Assembly (NCBI RefSeq): GCF_030528045.1
Contig: NZ_JAUMZR010000001.1
Location: 17,798 to 81,797 of the forward strand
Direction of reading: 5' to 3'
From: Streptococcus sp.
GTDB lineage: Bacteria > Bacillota > Bacilli > Lactobacillales > Streptococcaceae
DNA: 64,000 nt
In this document: in pieces, positions 62,810 through 64,000 of the stretch
Layout of the letters: the number at the start of each line of letters is the position of its first letter
Numbering within the stretch: position 1 is the stretch's first letter
Position numbers and translations under genes: made by a program
The notes under the pieces: model-generated
Databases searched by the model: none
Told to the model about the DNA's origin: nothing
Seen by the model: only the letters and a program-made list of their open reading frames with translations

Positions 62810-64000
62810 ATGACACGTTATCAAGACGATTTTTATGATGCAATCAATGGCGAATGGGAAAAAACAGCTGTCATTCCAGCTGACAAATCTCGAACAGGTG
62901 GTTTTATTGACCTTGACGAGGAAATTGAAGAGTTGATGCTGGCGACTACGGACAAGTGGTTGGTCGGTGAAGAGGTCCCAGAGGATGCTATCCTCGCAAA
63001 CTTTGTTAAGTACCATCGTATGGTACGCGATTTTGACAAGAGAGAAGCTGATGGGATTAAGCCTGTTTTGCCAATGCTCAAGGAATACCAAGATTTGGAG
63101 AGCTTTGCAGATTTCACCAGCAAATTGGCAGAATTTGAACTAGCAGGCAAGCCAAACTTCCTTCCATTTGGTGTATCACCAGACTTTATGGATGCCAGAA
63201 TCAATGTTCTTTGGGCCAGTGCACCAGGAACTATCTTGCCAGATACGACTTACTATGCTGAAGACCATCCTCAACGTGAGGAGCTCTTGAATCTTTGGAA
63301 GGAAAGTACTACGAATCTTCTCAAAGCCTATGATTTTTCAGATGAGGAAATCGCAGACTTACTAGAGAAACGATTGGAATTGGACCGTCGCATTGCGGCT
63401 GTGGTGCTTTCTAACGAAGAAAGTTCAGAGTATGCCAAACTATACCATCCATACGCTTATGAAGATTTCAAGAAATTCGCTCCTGCCCTACCTTTGGATG
63501 ATTTCTTCCAAGCAGTCCTTGGACAAACTCCAGATAAGGTTATCGTAGACGAAGAACGTTTCTGGCAAGCAGCAGAGCAATTCTATAGTGAAGAAGCGTG
63601 GCCTCTACTCAAAGCAACCTTGATTTTGGGTGTGGTCAATCTATCAACAAGCTATCTCACAGATGAGATTCGTATCTTGTCAGGTGCCTACGGACGTGCC
63701 CTTTCAGGTGTGCCAGAAGCACAGGACAAGGTCAAGGCAGCTTATCACTTGGCTCAAGGTCCTTTCAATCAGGCTCTTGGCCTCTGGTATGCGCATGAAA
63801 AATTCTCCCCAGAAGCCAAGGCTGATGTAGAGAAAAAAGTAGCGACTATGATTGACATTTATAAGGAACGCTTGGCCAAGAACGACTGGCTCACGCCTGA
63901 AACGCGAGATAAGGCCATTGTCAAACTCAATGTCATCAAGCCTTATATCGGTTATCCAGAGGAATTGCCAGAACGCTACAAGGACAAAGTAGTGGATGAA
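62810..64000 (+). CDS. pepO: M13-family endopeptidase PepO (partial, continues beyond the window end)
   Basis: The N-terminus MTRYQDDFYDAINGEWEKTAVIPADKSRTGGF is typical of PepO. The frame stays open to position 64000. It is absent from the ORF track because it is incomplete. Confidence 0.8.
   Translation, partial: MTRYQDDFYDAINGEWEKTAVIPADKSRTGGFIDLDEEIEELMLATTDKWLVGEEVPEDAILANFVKYHRMVRDFDKREADGIKPVLPMLKEYQDLESFADFTSKLAEFELAGKPNFLPFGVSPDFMDARINVLWASAPGTILPDTTYYAEDHPQREELLNLWKESTTNLLKAYDFSDEEIADLLEKRLELDRRIAAVVLSNEESSEYAKLYHPYAYEDFKKFAPALPLDDFFQAVLGQTPDKVIVDEERFWQAAEQFYSEEAWPLLKATLILGVVNLSTSYLTDEIRILSGAYGRALSGVPEAQDKVKAAYHLAQGPFNQALGLWYAHEKFSPEAKADVEKKVATMIDIYKERLAKNDWLTPETRDKAIVKLNVIKPYIGYPEELPERYKDKVVDE

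Overview
This is a low-GC Gram-positive chromosome segment, almost certainly from a mitis-group Streptococcus, judged by gene content, BOX and SPRITE-type repeats, and psaBCA-psaD, stkP/phpP and metEF-pnp synteny. Most of the window is housekeeping: the yqeG-yqeH-yhbY-nadD-yqeK-rsfS-yqeM cluster, tmcAL, rny, gmk-rpoZ-priA-fmt-rsmB-phpP-stkP, a ThrE-like exporter pair, mvaS-mvaA, the scrR-scrB / scrA-scrK sucrose locus, metE-metF, pnp, cysE-GNAT-cysS-mrnC, msmK, an LPXTG-anchored nucleotidase, relA-dtd, psaR and psaBCA-tpxD, ending in a partial pepO. The standout is a roughly 9.4 kb accessory island at about 31.7-41.1 kb. Its left flank is a BOX-like tandem repeat and a frameshifted DEAD/DEAH helicase; its right flank is the metE Met-box. 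The island holds a strongly AT-rich block (about 33.2-36.9 kb). It carries an orphan Type I restriction-modification locus with a split hsdS and an hsdM but no hsdR. Uncharacterised genes sit in defence-like positions: a 334-aa protein and a 4-TM membrane protein tightly coupled upstream of hsdS, and a HAD-superfamily phosphatase plus a 251-aa protein with a possible PD-(D/E)xK-like motif inserted between hsdS and hsdM. The island ends with a DUF1722 nonsense pseudogene and a HigB/HigA-like toxin-antitoxin pair. Several small interspersed repeats are present: a BOX element, two SPRITE-like copies, a RUP-like MITE and a shared leader-like repeat. Recognisable operators are a Met-box upstream of metE and a PsaR box upstream of psaB. 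No rRNA, tRNA or CRISPR array was detected.
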